38,799 nt of DNA from an uncultured Mollicutes bacterium (GCA_900549915.1 URQF01000002.1:1-38799), one strand, 5' to 3'. Shown: positions 8,626-17,834, counted from the first letter of the stretch. Notes: generated by a model from the sequence alone, not told the origin. Translations and numbers: made by a program.

Positions 8626-9564
8626 TTAAACACAAAAATTTTTTCTTCCTTCGATACCTTTCCTCCTATTCTCGATGCATCGTTTTTTCTCATCATTGCT
8701 AGGGTGAACATATAAATCCAAAGTAATGGAAATATTGGAATGGCCAAGTATAGAACTAACTGCTTTGTAATTTGAATTACATTCAATGCAGCGGGCCGCA
8801 AAGGTATGTCGTAATCCATGGAACTTGATTGGATTAATGCCAAGACCAGTTAAAAGCTTTTTTAAATGGTTTCGATAGACTCTTGGCTCTAATGGTTTGC
8901 TTGAATTCGTAAGAAGGTAAAAAGAATCATTGACTATTTTCTTCAATGGTTTCCTTATTTTCAAAAGAGATGATGTTAGTGGAATGCTTCGCTTAGACTG
9001 ATTCGTCTTTGGTTCACTGACAATCAGTTCTGTCTTCTTTTTTTTTTCGTTAAGATAAATTCTTTCTATGGTACGATTCACGGATATTTCGTTGCAATCC
9101 AGCGAGATATCTTTCCACATCAATCCACAGATTTCTCCGATTCTCATTCCTGTTTGAAGACAGATGAGAATTCCAAGATTCTCAAAAGAAAAGTTTTCTT
9201 GCAAATAAGAAAGAAGTTTCCGTTCATCCTTTTTGGATAGGACTTGGATGTTCTTTTTTTCTTCTTTCAATGGAACCCAGATTTCGTGAACATCAATTTT
9301 CCTCCTATGATTTTTCTGTGCAAAACGTAGAATCCTTTTCAAAACAACCACTGTATCTTTCATCCTCTTCCTACTCAGACCATCGTTCCTTTTGTTTTTC
9401 ACAAATTCGTTTATCTCATATTCTTCCAATTGCTTTCTTTCCTTAAAGGTTGGTAGTATATGTTTTTGTATGATTGCTCGATAAATACATAGAGTCGACA
9501 TTTTAACAAACTGCTTTTTATATTCTAAAAAAGAATTTGTGACAACTTCAAAACTATCTGCCAT
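8626..9564 (-). CDS. Tyrosine recombinase / phage-type integrase
   Basis: Catalytic motifs TGMRIGE (Arg is AGA), HGLRHTFA (Arg is CGA) and LGHSNISITLDLYVH. A strong RBS (AAAGGAGG) lies upstream of the ATG. Several AGG codons occur in the N-terminal SAM-like domain. Confidence 0.9.
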   Translation of the reverse strand: MADSFEVVTNSFLEYKKQFVKMSTLCIYRAIIQKHILPTFKERKQLEEYEINEFVKNKRNDGLSRKRMKDTVVVLKRILRFAQKNHRRKIDVHEIWVPLKEEKKNIQVLSKKDERKLLSYLQENFSFENLGILICLQTGMRIGEICGLMWKDISLDCNEISVNRTIERIYLNEKKKKTELIVSEPKTNQSKRSIPLTSSLLKIRKPLKKIVNDSFYLLTNSSKPLEPRVYRNHLKKLLTGLGINPIKFHGLRHTFAARCIECNSNYKAVSSILGHSNISITLDLYVHPSNDEKKRCIENRRKGIEGRKNFCV

Positions 9565-9637
9565 AGTTTATTCCTCCTTTTCTGGCAGTTTTGATTGTAG
9601 TCTTTCTCGAATTCTCATTATGAAATACGATGGTGGT

Positions 9638-10519
9638 TCACATCCCTTTGCTTAGAATGTATTTAATATCCTCTATCCTGCTTTCTCTATCTCCGATAAC
9701 AGCAAGCTTACCAGATTCAATCGTAGAAAGCCTACGTTCTGCTTTCCTATTCAGACGATCAAGAATCAAATTATCAATAGGACCAAAGAGAGAACATGGC
9801 TTACTTATCGCATAGTAATAATGAGTATGAGTACCTTGTTCAAGTCCTACACGATTGATACGATCCTTAGACTGCAGCCTATAAGTCAAATTGAACCCGT
9901 ACTCAAGATAGATAGCATCATGGCAAACCCTATGAAGAGAAACAGACTCTGCTAATGTATTTGGATTTGTAATCAACACCTGCGTTCCTGAGTACTTGAA
10001 ATCGTTGATCTTATTGTCTCTGAGGAATACATCATCTCTTCCACAGATTGTTGTACAGCGAATGCCGAAAGAAGTAAGAGCTGAAGAAAGATAATCAATC
10101 GTATCAATAAAAAGACACCAGACAAGAACTTTTCTTCCTTGGGATACCAAAGTCTTGATTTTATCAATTGTTGCTTGCCTCTTACTTGCAATCTTTACTT
10201 GTTCTAGAATCTGATTCAGCTCATCTTCTGGAAAGGAGGACTCCTCCAAATTCAGGTGGCCGAAATCCTGTTTGTTGTCATCATCATATAGTCTATCCAT
10301 CTCTTCCATCGATATTCTTCTTTTTAAGAGCAGGGGATTGGAAGAAGCTTGAATCAACCGAATATACTTAAGCAAAGGATTCTGGATATACTTCCATATC
10401 AGCTGATAGAGTTTTCCTTCTCCTTCCGTAGGTGTAACACAAAGAGAATCATAATCATCTGGATCAGGAAGAGGAACATTGAGTTCTTTTTTCGTTGTCC
10501 GTACAAAATAGGGAAGCAA
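9638..10519 (-). pseudogene. SNF2-family helicase, C-terminal half only (5'-truncated)
   Basis: The helicase C-terminal domain is present (KVLVWCLF, QVLITNPNTLAESVSL, LQSKDRINRVG with both Arg as CGT). No SNF2 N-terminal ATPase/DExH part is present, and no open frame continues upstream of 10519. Confidence 0.6.
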
Positions 10520-10657
10520 GGAATTGATTGTCTTTTCTGCTACAGAATATGAAATTGCCAGAAAAGCCCTTATTTATCGATACAAAAATCGAAAAATGTA
10601 GGAGTAATGTAGGAGTAGACGGAATTTAACAAAAAGAAGGAGCGTTGTATTGCTCCT

Positions 10658-10975
10658 TCAAAATGGCATTCCTGATGTATCCATTCCAGCCTCAATCTTT
10701 CGAAGAATACTGTAGTACGACCCTTTACAGATGAACTTATTTCCATCTGATGTTGTTATGGAACAATAGTCTCCACTAGTCATTGATAGATTTCCGCTTT
10801 TGGTTGAATAAATCTTGTCTGGTATTCTATCTACGAACATCACACAAAATGGGTTTATTTTTCTTTTGCAGAATATAAGAGAAGGTTCGACGATGCCTAT
10901 TAGTGCGTTCCCAGTACCTTCATTTATTCTTTCGAGAACATAGTCTGCCAGTTCTAAATCTACGAAATTTGTCAT
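10658..10975 (-). CDS. Hypothetical protein (105 aa)
   Basis: Clean ORF with no recognisable motif. Confidence 0.35.
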   Translation of the reverse strand: MTNFVDLELADYVLERINEGTGNALIGIVEPSLIFCKRKINPFCVMFVDRIPDKIYSTKSGNLSMTSGDYCSITTSDGNKFICKGSYYSILRKIEAGMDTSGMPF

Positions 10976-11114
10976 TCTGTTTACCTCAAAAATAAAAAGA
11001 GAAGGGCTGATATATGCACGAGGTGTATATAGCCATGGAACTAACCATATACATTTTTAATTTCAACCCTTCCATTAATGAGATTGTTTTTATTGCGAGT
11101 AAAAAAAAGAGCGT

Positions 11115-11147
11115 TGCCCGAGGCGGGATTCGAACCCGCACTGCTAG
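11115..11147 (-). tRNA. tRNA 3' fragment only (T-arm plus 3' acceptor strand); probable att-site scar
   Basis: The minus strand reads GCGGG-TTCGAAT-CCCGC-CTCGGGC-A, followed by a T9 run. No complementary 5' acceptor strand (GCCCGAG), D-arm or anticodon arm lies upstream. The acceptor with an A discriminator resembles Leu-type tRNAs, but the isotype cannot be determined. Confidence 0.6.
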
Positions 11148-11254
11148 AACCCATTGTTCACTCGCGGTGTCTCTTTCATTATAGAAGTTGCTTTATATGC
11201 GAACCTTACGTGCTGTCCATTAATTGTTTCATTACAGGAATAATTTGAATTTAT

Positions 11255-11299
11255 AAAAAAGAGAGTCCTTGTATCCTTTGCCGGGTATAAGAACTCTCC
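11255..11299 (-). terminator. Rho-independent terminator of the prophage late/lysis transcript
   Basis: On the minus strand, a long imperfect hairpin (gagagttcttatacc ... ggatacaaggactctc) is followed by TTTTTT (plus-strand A run at 11255..11260). Confidence 0.55.
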
Positions 11300-11332
11300 C
11301 TTATATAGAAAGGAGAAAATTGGAAATAATTA

Positions 11333-11653
11333 TCAATCTTTATGACAAATCGGAAGAGTCATGACTTTGTTATATAGTTCTGTCATAACTCCATTCTTAC
11401 CCAAGTTATGATAGGCATTGTACATGTTCTCATAGTTGAGTTTATCTGAATAGTTTATTTCACCGGCATCAAGATATTTGTAGCTCAACTGAAGGAGCTC
11501 ATTTCTCAATATTGCCTGGGTACCCTTCTTTTCAATCTCCATATCTTTCTTAAGACGTTTATGACGATTCAGCAGACCAGCGATTAAAGGAATAAGGGCA
11601 CTTTGCAGCACAATCGAAATAAGCGTGATGATATCATTTATGCTCCACTTCAT
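11333..11653 (-). CDS. Small membrane-anchored protein in the lysis cassette (holin-associated, function unknown)
   Basis: One N-terminal transmembrane helix followed by a helical domain (LYNKV, NLGKNG). It overlaps the holin 3' end by 20 nt. Confidence 0.45.
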   Translation of the reverse strand: MKWSINDIITLISIVLQSALIPLIAGLLNRHKRLKKDMEIEKKGTQAILRNELLQLSYKYLDAGEINYSDKLNYENMYNAYHNLGKNGVMTELYNKVMTLPICHKD

Positions 11654-12014
11654 CCTGATTGGAATCCTCTTTTTTCTTTTGTCCAGAATCTTTAGGGTTC
11701 AACTCGATGCAATCCTTTTTATGTTTGTTCCTGAACTCTATAACTTCTTCTTCTGTGATCTTTCCGTCGGCCAGCCTATTGAAAATATCATCAGCCATAC
11801 TAGCAAAACCAGTCCAGTTGTTGTTATACCAATAGGAAATGACTACCATTAAAACAAAGATGCCGAAAGACACATATTCGTAGATACTTCCGGAACCCCA
11901 GTATTTCTTACCGACCATGGATATGACATAATTAATGAGGGACAGGATGAGAAAAATCGTACGAAGGATAGTCCCCTTGTCTCTCATTTTGAATTTTTCG
12001 AAAAATGCTTTCAT
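11634..12014 (-). CDS. Phage holin (phi LC3/SPP1-like family)
   Basis: Two or three transmembrane segments, the YWYNNNWTGFASMAD motif (compare WWKNNSFT in this holin family) and a charged C-terminal tail. An AAAGGAG RBS is present. TAATG stop/start overlap with the upstream gene. Confidence 0.7.
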   Translation of the reverse strand: MKAFFEKFKMRDKGTILRTIFLILSLINYVISMVGKKYWGSGSIYEYVSFGIFVLMVVISYWYNNNWTGFASMADDIFNRLADGKITEEEVIEFRNKHKKDCIELNPKDSGQKKKEDSNQDEVEHK

Positions 12015-12556
12015 TATTGATTACTCCTTTGCTTGTCGACTATGGAAATATAGTATTTTCCGCCATCAGTTGCTGATCCTTCAAACCATGCATTATCATA
12101 CCAGTCATCGGCAAACGTATGTCCCTTCTTTTCCTTGATTACTTGATACCAATAACGTATGGCTGAAGGAATAGCAACAAGGAAAATAAAGAATGGGCCA
12201 AGAAGAGCATTTTGGAAGGAATGTCCTAATTCATGCATTCTTACTTCTTCCTCATAATCTTTTCCCATTCCGTTAGACACAAATATAAAGAATACTCCTT
12301 CTAATCCGCCCCAGTTATTTCCAAACTGATGGCATCTAACTTTATTCCTGTAATTGAATGAAACAGAATTCTTATCTCTCGGAAGAATAAATATACATAC
12401 AAATAGGTCGATTAGCAACCCAATGAATGAATATAAAATCCCCCATGTTAGATTCAAGACCCACCAGAGCCACATACGCTCAGATAAGAATTTAATCCAT
12501 CTCATTTCTATGGAATACAAAAACTTTCCTAATTTTGAACGATGATTCTTAATCAT
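12014..12556 (-). CDS. Polytopic membrane protein with a zincin HExxH motif (HELGH)
   Basis: Four predicted transmembrane segments with HELGH between them. A GAGGA RBS is present. It sits immediately upstream of the holin, where an endolysin would normally be expected. Confidence 0.5.
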   Translation of the reverse strand: MIKNHRSKLGKFLYSIEMRWIKFLSERMWLWWVLNLTWGILYSFIGLLIDLFVCIFILPRDKNSVSFNYRNKVRCHQFGNNWGGLEGVFFIFVSNGMGKDYEEEVRMHELGHSFQNALLGPFFIFLVAIPSAIRYWYQVIKEKKGHTFADDWYDNAWFEGSATDGGKYYISIVDKQRSNQ

Positions 12557-12567
12557 TTATTGTTCCT

Positions 12568-13005
12568 CTAAGATATATAAGGTAAAACAGTTATAGAAGG
12601 GCCTTCTAATTTATTTATCCTACTGCGTGCTTCCTTGCGTTTAGCAAGAATGTCTTTATATTCTTCTTTAGCTTTCGCGAATTCGACTTCGTCTTCAAGC
12701 TTCAATTCGTTTAGCTTTGCAATAACATAATCGGTAGATGAAAGGTAATTCTTATAAGACGCAATCTGGTTTGCTTTGTCGACCTTGTTTTTCTCATCCT
12801 CATGTATCTTTTCAACTATTTTCCCATCCTGATAGACGAAATAGGAATACGTAGGATGGCATGAAATCTTTGTCCATTGCTCGAAATCCATTCCGATGAC
12901 CGCATCTCCATCTTTTTCAGTAGGCGCATCATAGAATGGAACAACTTCAATTTCGTTTCCTTCTAAGATTCGGAAATATCGTACCTCTTTTTTTTCTTCT
13001 TTCAT
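12568..13005 (-). CDS. Tail-fibre assembly/chaperone-like protein (XkdW / Caudo_TAP-like pattern)
   Basis: I trimmed the start to the ATG at 13005, which gives a TAATG overlap with the fibre gene stop. The C-terminal YLSSTDYVIAKLNE...KEEY...RKEAR pattern resembles phage tail-fibre assembly proteins. Confidence 0.4.
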   Translation of the reverse strand: MKEEKKEVRYFRILEGNEIEVVPFYDAPTEKDGDAVIGMDFEQWTKISCHPTYSYFVYQDGKIVEKIHEDEKNKVDKANQIASYKNYLSSTDYVIAKLNELKLEDEVEFAKAKEEYKDILAKRKEARSRINKLEGPSITVLPYIS

Positions 13006-15056
13006 TACTGTAAGCCTCCAATTGCTAACCAATAGACGGGGCATGATTCGCTGCGTCGAAGCTGGAAAGTGAATGCTGTTCCGCTACGATATGAAGTGAT
13101 GACAGCTCCATTAGAATATGGTATACCCTGACTGCCCGTAACCATGTCTCTTGTCTGTAAAATAACTGCTGGGTACCACCAGAAGATCTTCGGATATGTA
13201 ACTTCCCAATCTGTTGTATCTCCATGAGCTCCAATGTATACGCCCCATTGAATAAGTAACTTGTCCATAACAATGTAACTTGATTTAGATGAAGTTGCAT
13301 TCATTATATCGGAAAATTCCTTTTCTGTAAGGAGCGATGCAAGCGAAAGGTTTCCGCTTCCAAGGATTGTATAGCCGTTGATGGTTCTGATGTTCGTGCC
13401 TGAGACAAGGGTTGCCTGCTTGCCGTTTAATGTTGTCTGCAAATTAGTAATCTGCGAAATAGAATGAGTATGGCTTGAATTTGCTTTTCCGTTTATCGTC
13501 GATTGCAAGTTAGCAATGTCACTTATTCCAAGAGTGTGTGCCTCGATTAACCCATTGGCATCAGTTCCAAGGACTTTCTTATTTTTGAGTGCTGATAGTA
13601 CTGGCGTAGTAGAGAAGGTCTTCTTCGCTGAAATAGTCTGTTCCGTGTTAGTTGTTACGTAAGAACCCTTAGGTTGATAGTTTACTGCAAGGTGATCAAT
13701 ATCAACATTCTGCCCAGTCTTAGAATATGCTAAGAAGGCAACACCACGCTCATTCATATCTCTCAGTGGGCCTATTACATCATTTTTATTGTATATAGAC
13801 CCGCTAGTAGTAACCTGTATTCCATTGTATATAGAAAAGCATGGCATTCTCATCTCCATTGCTTTGCCAACTTGAAAATCTTGATCATTCGAATTTACAT
13901 TTGGTTTGAACATTAAAGCAGATGTATAAATATCACCAGTATTACTATCGATTCGGCTTGTGAAAAGAGAACCTTTAGCTGTGCCGTCTAGACATCCAAA
14001 CCCGCCATCTAAATCGGTTCCATATTTCTCTTTGAATTTATTAGCTGCTTCTTCACTAGCTGTCTTAAGTTGACCGCTATATTCTCCAACTGAATTATTT
14101 GGGCCTATGAAATTTGCGAAGATAGCTCCACCAAAATTTTGTGGATCATTAGCATTAATGCCAGCAGACATTGCAGTGCCTAGGTCAACCATCTTATATC
14201 CAATGTCAGGGTTTGACTCGAGCGGATTTGTAGTATTATCGAATGTGGCAATCATGCGCCTTTCATGGATATCACCTCTGTCGATGCCAGTATACTGTAA
14301 CCCTTCAGAATTCCGGAAGAATATACCATATGATAAGTCATGTAATTCAGTTGGCATTTTGGTATCAAGATCTGTATAGATCTGTAAAAAATCTTGAGCC
14401 GTATATTTAGTCTGTTTATCTGTGCTAACTAAGTTAAAAGCATTTGTAGAATCATCAGCACTGGAAGCATGTTTAACACTTTTATCCTTATCTGCGGTAT
14501 TATCCACTTTTCCTAAACCAACATCACCTTTTGTAAGAGCTAAATTGATTTTCTTTCCTGAAGATTGGTTGGTCGTGAAACTATCGACATCCTTTCCATT
14601 TTTCTGAATTATGATTGTTCCATTCCCAATATCATCTGTGCGCGCAATTTCTCCACCTCTTGCACTTAACGAGGTGCGCTGAGAGACTCCTTTACTATCG
14701 GTCAGATCGAAGAAAAGGACTGCACCCTTCTCAGGCTGAGACCATACCATTGCTCCAGGTGTGGCGCTAGCACGGAATTGGAGGCGAGTTGTTCCTGCAA
14801 CCTGGTCGAACCGGAGCATTGTTCCGCTATTCGGGCCTTCCTTTCCGATAATCAGCTGTCCACCATTTGAAGTCTTAAAAATAGTCGTTGCTATCTCTTT
14901 ACCATTCGCATTAGGTGGCGCATTGAAAGTCTTAGCACCTGTAATAGTTTGAGTAGTATCAGTTAGAACAACTTTTCCCCATTCAGTCTCAGTCGGAAGT
15001 ATCCCCTGAATTTCATATGTCTTATTGCCTGTCTTTTTATACAATTTCTTCGCCAT
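13005..15056 (-). CDS. Tail fibre / receptor-binding protein
   Basis: Fibre motifs TQTITGAKTF and EQTISAKKTF. Repeated H-x-H...I-x-NLQ-x-T-x-NGK units (SSHTHSISQITNLQTTLNGK). I chose the start at MAKKLYK (15056) because GGAGG lies 7 nt upstream. Confidence 0.75.
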   Translation of the reverse strand: MAKKLYKKTGNKTYEIQGILPTETEWGKVVLTDTTQTITGAKTFNAPPNANGKEIATTIFKTSNGGQLIIGKEGPNSGTMLRFDQVAGTTRLQFRASATPGAMVWSQPEKGAVLFFDLTDSKGVSQRTSLSARGGEIARTDDIGNGTIIIQKNGKDVDSFTTNQSSGKKINLALTKGDVGLGKVDNTADKDKSVKHASSADDSTNAFNLVSTDKQTKYTAQDFLQIYTDLDTKMPTELHDLSYGIFFRNSEGLQYTGIDRGDIHERRMIATFDNTTNPLESNPDIGYKMVDLGTAMSAGINANDPQNFGGAIFANFIGPNNSVGEYSGQLKTASEEAANKFKEKYGTDLDGGFGCLDGTAKGSLFTSRIDSNTGDIYTSALMFKPNVNSNDQDFQVGKAMEMRMPCFSIYNGIQVTTSGSIYNKNDVIGPLRDMNERGVAFLAYSKTGQNVDIDHLAVNYQPKGSYVTTNTEQTISAKKTFSTTPVLSALKNKKVLGTDANGLIEAHTLGISDIANLQSTINGKANSSHTHSISQITNLQTTLNGKQATLVSGTNIRTINGYTILGSGNLSLASLLTEKEFSDIMNATSSKSSYIVMDKLLIQWGVYIGAHGDTTDWEVTYPKIFWWYPAVILQTRDMVTGSQGIPYSNGAVITSYRSGTAFTFQLRRSESCPVYWLAIGGLQ

Positions 15057-15134
15057 GTTTTCTCCCTCCAAAAGAAAATCGGCTCAGCCATCCTTCGTAA
15101 GACAGCCAAGCCGATAGAATCTAAATATAATTGA

Positions 15135-16715
15135 TTAGCCGATTAGGGCAAATCCACCAACAGCGAGATTATTGAGAGCTGCAGCAGACGTGCTGGCAGC
15201 AGAGACAAGGAATTGTCCAACTTTCTTGACGATACCTTGTCCATTTACCATAACGGCACTGTAGGCAGAATCAGTTCCAGCAGCACCACCAGAAAACTCT
15301 GTAGGAGTAACTGCAGTAGCCTTTCCATTAACAGTCTGACTAAGTTTATGGACTGCCGTCTGAGTGGCGGCAACCTTGCTATCGTCTGCAGCATAGTTGT
15401 CGCTAAGCTTAGTAACACCATAAGTATTCGTAGTAGCGTCTGGAATATTTGCAATGACAGTACCACCATCGTTGAGAGTAAGTGTCATTTTGACATTCTT
15501 ATTCGTCGCGTCATTCTCAAATGCAGCCTTGTTGACGAAGTTATTAGTGTTGGTGTCAGTCCATGGGACACTGACAGTCATTGCACCATTTGCATCAATG
15601 GAGACTCCATATGTCTTGCCACTAGTGGCACCGCCCTTAACTAATCCTAGTTTGGCATTGGTTGCGACTGGAATTGGTGCCTCAGTATTGTCAACTCCGG
15701 CTTTAACCGCATGCTTTGCATCATCCCAAGAGAGTGCAGCGGTGTTGTTATCAGGGACTGTAACTGTCTGTGTTGCATCACCAGCCTTACTTCCCTGAGC
15801 TGCTAAGGTAATGGTGTGTCCAGAAATGGACATCTTGTAGTAGGTATCTGTATCCTTATCCATCTCAGAATGGACAATATCAAAGTTGCCTGCTACTGTA
15901 CTAGCGCCAGAGGCGTTATAAATAGCAATATCTCCGGCATGAATTCCGGCAGGAAGAGTTTCACTAGATCCAGCAACAGGAGCAGTAAATTTATAAAAGT
16001 CTCCTTTGGAGAGATTAGCTGGAAGAGCTGTTGGCCAAGCAGTGAATGTACCTTTATATTCAACACCCGCTGCTTTTGCGGCAGCAATAGCCTTAGATAC
16101 AGCATGAGAAGTAGGAATAAGAGCTGCATCATCGCTGATGTCCTCATTCGAGATAGAATATCCAGAGTCCTTGACTGCATCAGTGCCATTTCCTAAGACA
16201 ATATGATTAGCTGGAAGTGCTCCGGGCCCAGTGACAATATGAGATAATGTCTCAGCGGCACCAACTGCCTTGATATGACCGTTTTCAATAGTCAGATCGT
16301 GGACAGTAACAGAATGGCCAGAAGCGGCATAGTCAGCAGAAGTAGGGGTGTAGCTAGGATGGACATATTTATTTGCTCCATCTTCAACATTTAAAGCTTT
16401 TAAGAGTTCAGCTTTTGTAATATCATCCTTAAGATCGACTCCAGCAATCTTACGCGTATTAGGGACATAGTTTGTAATGACCCAATCTTTTAAACTTCCA
16501 CCAGCGCCAGCACCAAGTCCTAACGCTGTATTAACTTCCTGAATCCAGTCAGATAAAAGTGTTCCACCGGTAAAAGAATCTTTGTCTGTGGATAGAGTAG
16601 GCTTTGTGATATAGACAGTATCAGCTCCTGAGAAGAAACTAATAGGGGTATAGACATTAGCCTCTCCCTGCACAGTATAATATTTCTTAATCCAGTCAGA
16701 ATTAAAAGTTCCCAT
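15135..16715 (-). CDS. Second tail-fibre-like structural protein (Ala/Gly/Thr-rich)
   Basis: The motif TNTYGVTKLSDNY...AATQTAVHKL is typical of phage fibre shafts. A strong RBS (AAAGGAGG) is present. By eye, the GC content is visibly higher than that of neighbouring genes. Confidence 0.6.
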   Translation of the reverse strand: MGTFNSDWIKKYYTVQGEANVYTPISFFSGADTVYITKPTLSTDKDSFTGGTLLSDWIQEVNTALGLGAGAGGSLKDWVITNYVPNTRKIAGVDLKDDITKAELLKALNVEDGANKYVHPSYTPTSADYAASGHSVTVHDLTIENGHIKAVGAAETLSHIVTGPGALPANHIVLGNGTDAVKDSGYSISNEDISDDAALIPTSHAVSKAIAAAKAAGVEYKGTFTAWPTALPANLSKGDFYKFTAPVAGSSETLPAGIHAGDIAIYNASGASTVAGNFDIVHSEMDKDTDTYYKMSISGHTITLAAQGSKAGDATQTVTVPDNNTAALSWDDAKHAVKAGVDNTEAPIPVATNAKLGLVKGGATSGKTYGVSIDANGAMTVSVPWTDTNTNNFVNKAAFENDATNKNVKMTLTLNDGGTVIANIPDATTNTYGVTKLSDNYAADDSKVAATQTAVHKLSQTVNGKATAVTPTEFSGGAAGTDSAYSAVMVNGQGIVKKVGQFLVSAASTSAAALNNLAVGGFALIG

Positions 16716-16731
16716 AGTTAAATATCCTCCT

Positions 16732-17139
16732 TTAAGAACTTAATGAAACCTTTTCTGTAAGTTTCGTTTCTTCCTTCGCTTTATAAATGGCAGGTGAAGA
16801 AATGACTGCTTTCGAACTCAGAGACGGCTTATAAACTGATTTTGCCATGCTCATCTTGGTGATAGTAGGCTCCTTTGGCTCATCAGTAACTGCAACAGTC
16901 TTAGTCTGTTCACTTAGCTGACTATTAAACTTGTCATATTTGGCATTCTCTGGCTCATTAATGAGAACATAGTTGTACCGTTCTTTTTTGTATCCAGAGT
17001 TAATAGTATTATGAATAATGTCACCGTTGGCATCTTTCAGAGCGGTTAGAGCTTTTTCTGCGCCCTTTACAACAATCTCGTATTCTGCGGAAGGATCTTC
17101 AGGATCCACGCAGACTAGTTTTTTCAATTCGTTTGCCAT
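16732..17139 (-). CDS. Hypothetical phage protein
   Basis: ORF in the tail module. I chose the start at MANELKK (GGAGG lies 10 nt upstream). The ORF-track start at 17157 is also possible. Confidence 0.45.
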   Translation of the reverse strand: MANELKKLVCVDPEDPSAEYEIVVKGAEKALTALKDANGDIIHNTINSGYKKERYNYVLINEPENAKYDKFNSQLSEQTKTVAVTDEPKEPTITKMSMAKSVYKPSLSSKAVISSPAIYKAKEETKLTEKVSLSS

Positions 17140-17504
17140 CGTTCCCAATCCTCCCATAGAAATTTTGATTCAGGGCCACTATCAGCACACCGGACAATAT
17201 GGGAAAGCTTAAGTTTGCTTACCTCTTCCGTAATGCGATTGTCAAGTGCCTTTTCTTGCTCTTTGGCTCTATCCGACTCAGCTTCTAACTGCTTGGATGA
17301 GGCAAAGCCTGTATGCCCAGAATGCTCAAAATCAAGATTTAAAAGCTTAGAGTGATCTGCATCTATGTATGATTCTATACTCATCTCAAGACACAGATCG
17401 TAATAATTGTTTACATTGTCAGAACTAGAGAAATAATCGTCGCCATTATGATTATTGCTATTAAATCCAATTTCATAGGAGCTAGAGAAATAATTATTAG
17501 ACAT
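17124..17504 (-). CDS. Hypothetical phage structural protein
   Basis: ORF in the tail module. The segment DHSKLLNLDFEHSGHTGFA resembles motifs found in fibre/baseplate-associated proteins. Confidence 0.45.
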   Translation of the reverse strand: MSNNYFSSSYEIGFNSNNHNGDDYFSSSDNVNNYYDLCLEMSIESYIDADHSKLLNLDFEHSGHTGFASSKQLEAESDRAKEQEKALDNRITEEVSKLKLSHIVRCADSGPESKFLWEDWERWQTN

Positions 17505-17834
17505 CTATTTTCTCCTTTCTAAAATTGTAAGAGACTGTTTATAGGCAACTGTCTTAACAGTCCCATCAATATAATTTACGCGAATAGAATAATCTGTAAT
17601 GCAAGGAGGCAAACTGGCAGTTGTTTCACTATCCATTTTGAATAGATAACCTTTATCCACTTTGCCATTAACAAGCGTGCGGTTATCATCGAGGAAAGGT
17701 TCCTCAATTCCTAGTTCTGAGCAGATAAATTCCAGACTTTTAATTTTATCCAGACCGAGTCGAACTCTAATTCTTATAGCGAACGTATCACCCTGGACAC
17801 ATGTTAGCTGGGTTCTTCCAGATAATCGTATCAT
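17505..17834 (-). CDS. Hypothetical phage protein
   Basis: I moved the start to MIRLSG because GAAGGAGG lies 5 nt upstream. The ORF-track start falls inside that RBS. Confidence 0.45.
   Translation of the reverse strand: MIRLSGRTQLTCVQGDTFAIRIRVRLGLDKIKSLEFICSELGIEEPFLDDNRTLVNGKVDKGYLFKMDSETTASLPPCITDYSIRVNYIDGTVKTVAYKQSLTILERRK

Larger units (their letters stand above)
8600..11114 (-). mobile_element. Integrase-bearing island remnant (integrase, truncated SNF2 helicase, small ORF)
   Basis: A tyrosine recombinase gene abuts the homology break of repeat copy B. The neighbouring helicase gene lacks its 5' half. The region is bounded on the right by a tRNA 3' fragment. Confidence 0.5.

Noticed and set aside
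11115-11240. A complete tRNA gene at the T-arm signal.
   Set aside because: The upstream minus-strand sequence has no GCCCGAG acceptor partner, no D-arm and no anticodon stem-loop. Only the 3' third is tRNA-like.
13005-16715. A diversity-generating retroelement or invertible shufflon acting on the fibre genes.
   Set aside because: No reverse transcriptase or invertase gene is present. I could find no template/variable repeat pair or inverted crossover sites by eye.
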